64,000 nucleotides of DNA from Nitrospirota bacterium (lineage in GTDB: Bacteria; Nitrospirota; JACRHJ01). The stretch covers positions 153,877-217,876 of the forward strand of contig CAWJRJ010000018.1 in the NCBI GenBank assembly GCA_963845245.1. Direction: 5' to 3'. Positions 61,589-64,000 of this stretch are shown piece by piece. Positions within the stretch are counted from its first letter, which is position 1. Each line of letters opens with the position of its first letter. The notes below the pieces were generated by a model. That model did not search any database. It had not been told where the DNA came from and saw nothing but the letters and a program-made list of their open reading frames with translations. A program made the position numbers and the translations under genes.

Positions 61589-62868
61589 TGGAAAAAATTC
61601 TTCTAAAAAACGCCGACGTCCCTAACATAAACGATATCGACGTCTATATCGCCCACGGCGGGTACATGTCGCTCGACAAGGCCTTCTCCCAGGACTCGAA
61701 AGACGTCCTCGAAGAGGTCAAACGCTCAGGCCTTCGCGGCCGTGGCGGCGCGTGGTTCCCTGCCGGCATGAAATGGCAGTTCTGCGTCGAAGTCGACCGC
61801 TGGCCGAAATACCTCATCGCCAACGCGGATGAAGGCGAACCGGCCACATACAAGGACAGGCCTTTCCTCGAGAAAGACCCGCACCAGCTGATCGAAGGCA
61901 TGATCGTCTCCGCGTATGCGATCGGGGCCTCCAAGGGCTACATATACCTGAGGGGCGAATATCCCGACGGGTACCGCATATTAAACGCCGCTATAGACCA
62001 GGCGTACAAAAAGAACCTTCTCGGAAATAATATAAAGGGCACCAGCTTCTCCTTCGACCTTGCGGTCCACAGGGGAGCCGGAGCGTACATATGCGGCGAG
62101 GCCTCCGCGCTCATCGAGTCCCTTGAGGGCAAGAGGGGGCAGTTCAGGGTGCGTCCGCCATACATGGCCACCCACGGCGCGTTTGCAAGGCCCACCGTCG
62201 TCAATAACGTCGAGACCCTCGTCAACGTTTCGCACATAATAAACATGGGCGCGGAAGCCTGGTCGTCCATAGGCACCAAGGAATCACCCGGGCCGAAGAT
62301 ATTCGGGATCAGCGGCCACCTCAAAAAGCCCGGGCTCTACGAACTCCCCATGGGCGTCACAATGCGCGAGCTGATTTACGAGCACGGCGGCGGCATAAAG
62401 GACGACAAGGAACTGAAGGCGATAATACCGGGCGGGATATCCACCTCGATGCTGACCCCTGCGCACCTCGATATAAAGATGGACGTAAAGTCGCTTCAGG
62501 AGGCCGGTTCGGCCATAGGCTCCGGCGCCACCACAGTAATGCACGAGGACGCCTGCATTGTCCATATGGTCTGGCGCGCGATGGCGTTCTTCTACCACGA
62601 GTCCTGCGGCCGCTGCACCCCTTGCAGGGAAGGCACCGACTGGATGGTCAAGATCCTTGCCCGCATCGAGAACGGCGAAGGCAGGATGGACGACCTCAAG
62701 ATACTTGAGGACGTCTGCCACAGCATCCACAACAACTGCTTCTGCCCGCTGGGCGAGGGCGCGGTGATGCCGGTACTCTCATCGCTTAAATACTTCATGG
62801 GTGAGTACGAAGAGCACATCATGAGAAGAAAATGCCCCAAGGGCCTCAGGGCGAGGGCGAGACACTAA
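61588..62868 (+). CDS. nuoF: NADH-quinone oxidoreductase subunit F
   Basis: GLRGRGGA, NADEGEP, GAGAYICGE, HESCGRCTPCREG and CFCP. Confidence 0.94.
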   Translation: MEKILLKNADVPNINDIDVYIAHGGYMSLDKAFSQDSKDVLEEVKRSGLRGRGGAWFPAGMKWQFCVEVDRWPKYLIANADEGEPATYKDRPFLEKDPHQLIEGMIVSAYAIGASKGYIYLRGEYPDGYRILNAAIDQAYKKNLLGNNIKGTSFSFDLAVHRGAGAYICGEASALIESLEGKRGQFRVRPPYMATHGAFARPTVVNNVETLVNVSHIINMGAEAWSSIGTKESPGPKIFGISGHLKKPGLYELPMGVTMRELIYEHGGGIKDDKELKAIIPGGISTSMLTPAHLDIKMDVKSLQEAGSAIGSGATTVMHEDACIVHMVWRAMAFFYHESCGRCTPCREGTDWMVKILARIENGEGRMDDLKILEDVCHSIHNNCFCPLGEGAVMPVLSSLKYFMGEYEEHIMRRKCPKGLRARARH

Positions 62869-62869
62869 T

Positions 62870-64000
62870 ATGATAAACGTAAAGATCAACGGCATACCTG
62901 TTCAGCTTGAGCGCCCCATGAACGTCATCGAGGCGGCCAAGAAGGTCGGCATACACGTGCCGCACTTCTGCTACCACAAAGAGCTGACGATCTATGCCGG
63001 CTGCCGCATATGCATGGTGGAGGTCAAGGGCAGGCCAAAGCTTGTCGCCGGTTGCGCCACCCTCATGTCGGACGGCATGGAGGTCCTGACCGAGTCGGAG
63101 AAATGTATCAAGGCGCAGGCGCGGCATACTGGAACTCCAGCTTACGCACCACCCGCTTGATTGCCCGGTATGCGACAAGGGCGGCGAGTGCCTGCTGCAG
63201 GACTACGCTTTCAAGTACGGCGCAGACCGTTCCCGCTTCATAGAAAAGAAACGCCAGATCCCGGTCAACTACGAGAACCCGCTGATTGAGCGCAACATGG
63301 AGCGCTGCGTAAACTGCAAGCGTTGCGTCCGCATCTGCGCCGAGGTACAGGGCGACCACGTCCTCTCCGATATGCACAGGGGCTCAAGGGTTACGATGGA
63401 GTCGTTCATGGGCAACGAGAAGGAGTGCGTGCACTGCGGCCATTGCCTCTCCAATTGTCCGGTCGGCGCGATCCAGAGCAGGCTCTACAAACACGCCGGA
63501 CGTCCATGGTATATCGAGCGCGAGGCGGAGACAATCTGCCCTTACTGCGGCGACGGCTGCCTGCTGACGCTCCAGTCCAGGGAAAACAAGATTTTGAGGG
63601 TGCTCTCCGACGAGACCTATTCAAAAGGCGCGAACCGCGGCAGCCTCTGCGTGCGCGGGCGTTTCGGATATGATTTCCCCAACAGTGCAGAACGTCTTAC
63701 CAAACCGCTTATAAAGAAGGACGGATTTTTCGTCGAGGCCAGCTGGGACGAAGCGATAAATTTCGTCGCCGACAAGATGGCCGCGATAAAGGCGTCATCC
63801 GGGGCGGATGCCCTTGGCGCTGTCATCGGCGGACGTAATACCAACGAAGAGGTGTACAACCTCCAGAAGTTCATGCGCATAGTAGTCGGCACCAACAACA
63901 TCGACAACATGGCCCGTTTAGGTCATGTGAACGCGCTTTCGGCCCTGGAAGACGCCTTTGGCCTCTGCGGCATGACAAACCAGATAAAGGATATTGCGAA
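62870..64000 (+). CDS. nuoG: NADH-quinone oxidoreductase subunit G (frameshift near 63120; runs off window end)
   Basis: PHFCYH, GCRICMVE, HPLDCPVCDKGGEC, CVNCKRCVRIC, CVHCGHCLSNCP and CPYCGDGC. Confidence 0.88.

Overview
Bacterial chromosomal window. Gene style suggests an anaerobe of Nitrospirota/Desulfobacterota type (inference only). Housekeeping genes: gcvPB end, livHM, dnaB, rplI, tRNA-Thr(CGT), a DEAD-box helicase, iorAB, uvrC, truA, an AmiC-like amidase, der and nuoA-G. Accessory blocks: (i) a 1301-aa seven-heme cytochrome c with a ~950-aa FN3-like stalk plus two paralogous secreted beta-helix proteins; (ii) a 7-blade FG-GAP adhesin downstream of tRNA-Thr and a near-perfect parS site; (iii) a modular subtilase divergent from an AHL-type LuxR with no luxI in the window, whose downstream lux box and extended -10 precede a sensor-less histidine kinase with a degenerate H-box (best candidate for an undescribed circuit); (iv) an Ehr complex (hydrogenase-4-like, without NiFe ligands) headed by an HTH-PTS EIIA fusion; (v) a sigma54 two-component system with duplicated enhancers driving an 'AFAExGE' microprotein/TauE/USP operon; (vi) a GAF-GGDEF plus MglA-fusion plus Zn-ribbon module. 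Many genes, including the essential der, carry single-base frameshifts, most likely long-read indel errors, so split genes are reported as whole CDSs with approximate internal junctions. No CRISPR, integrase or transposase was seen; two intergenic clusters of REP-like elements were.
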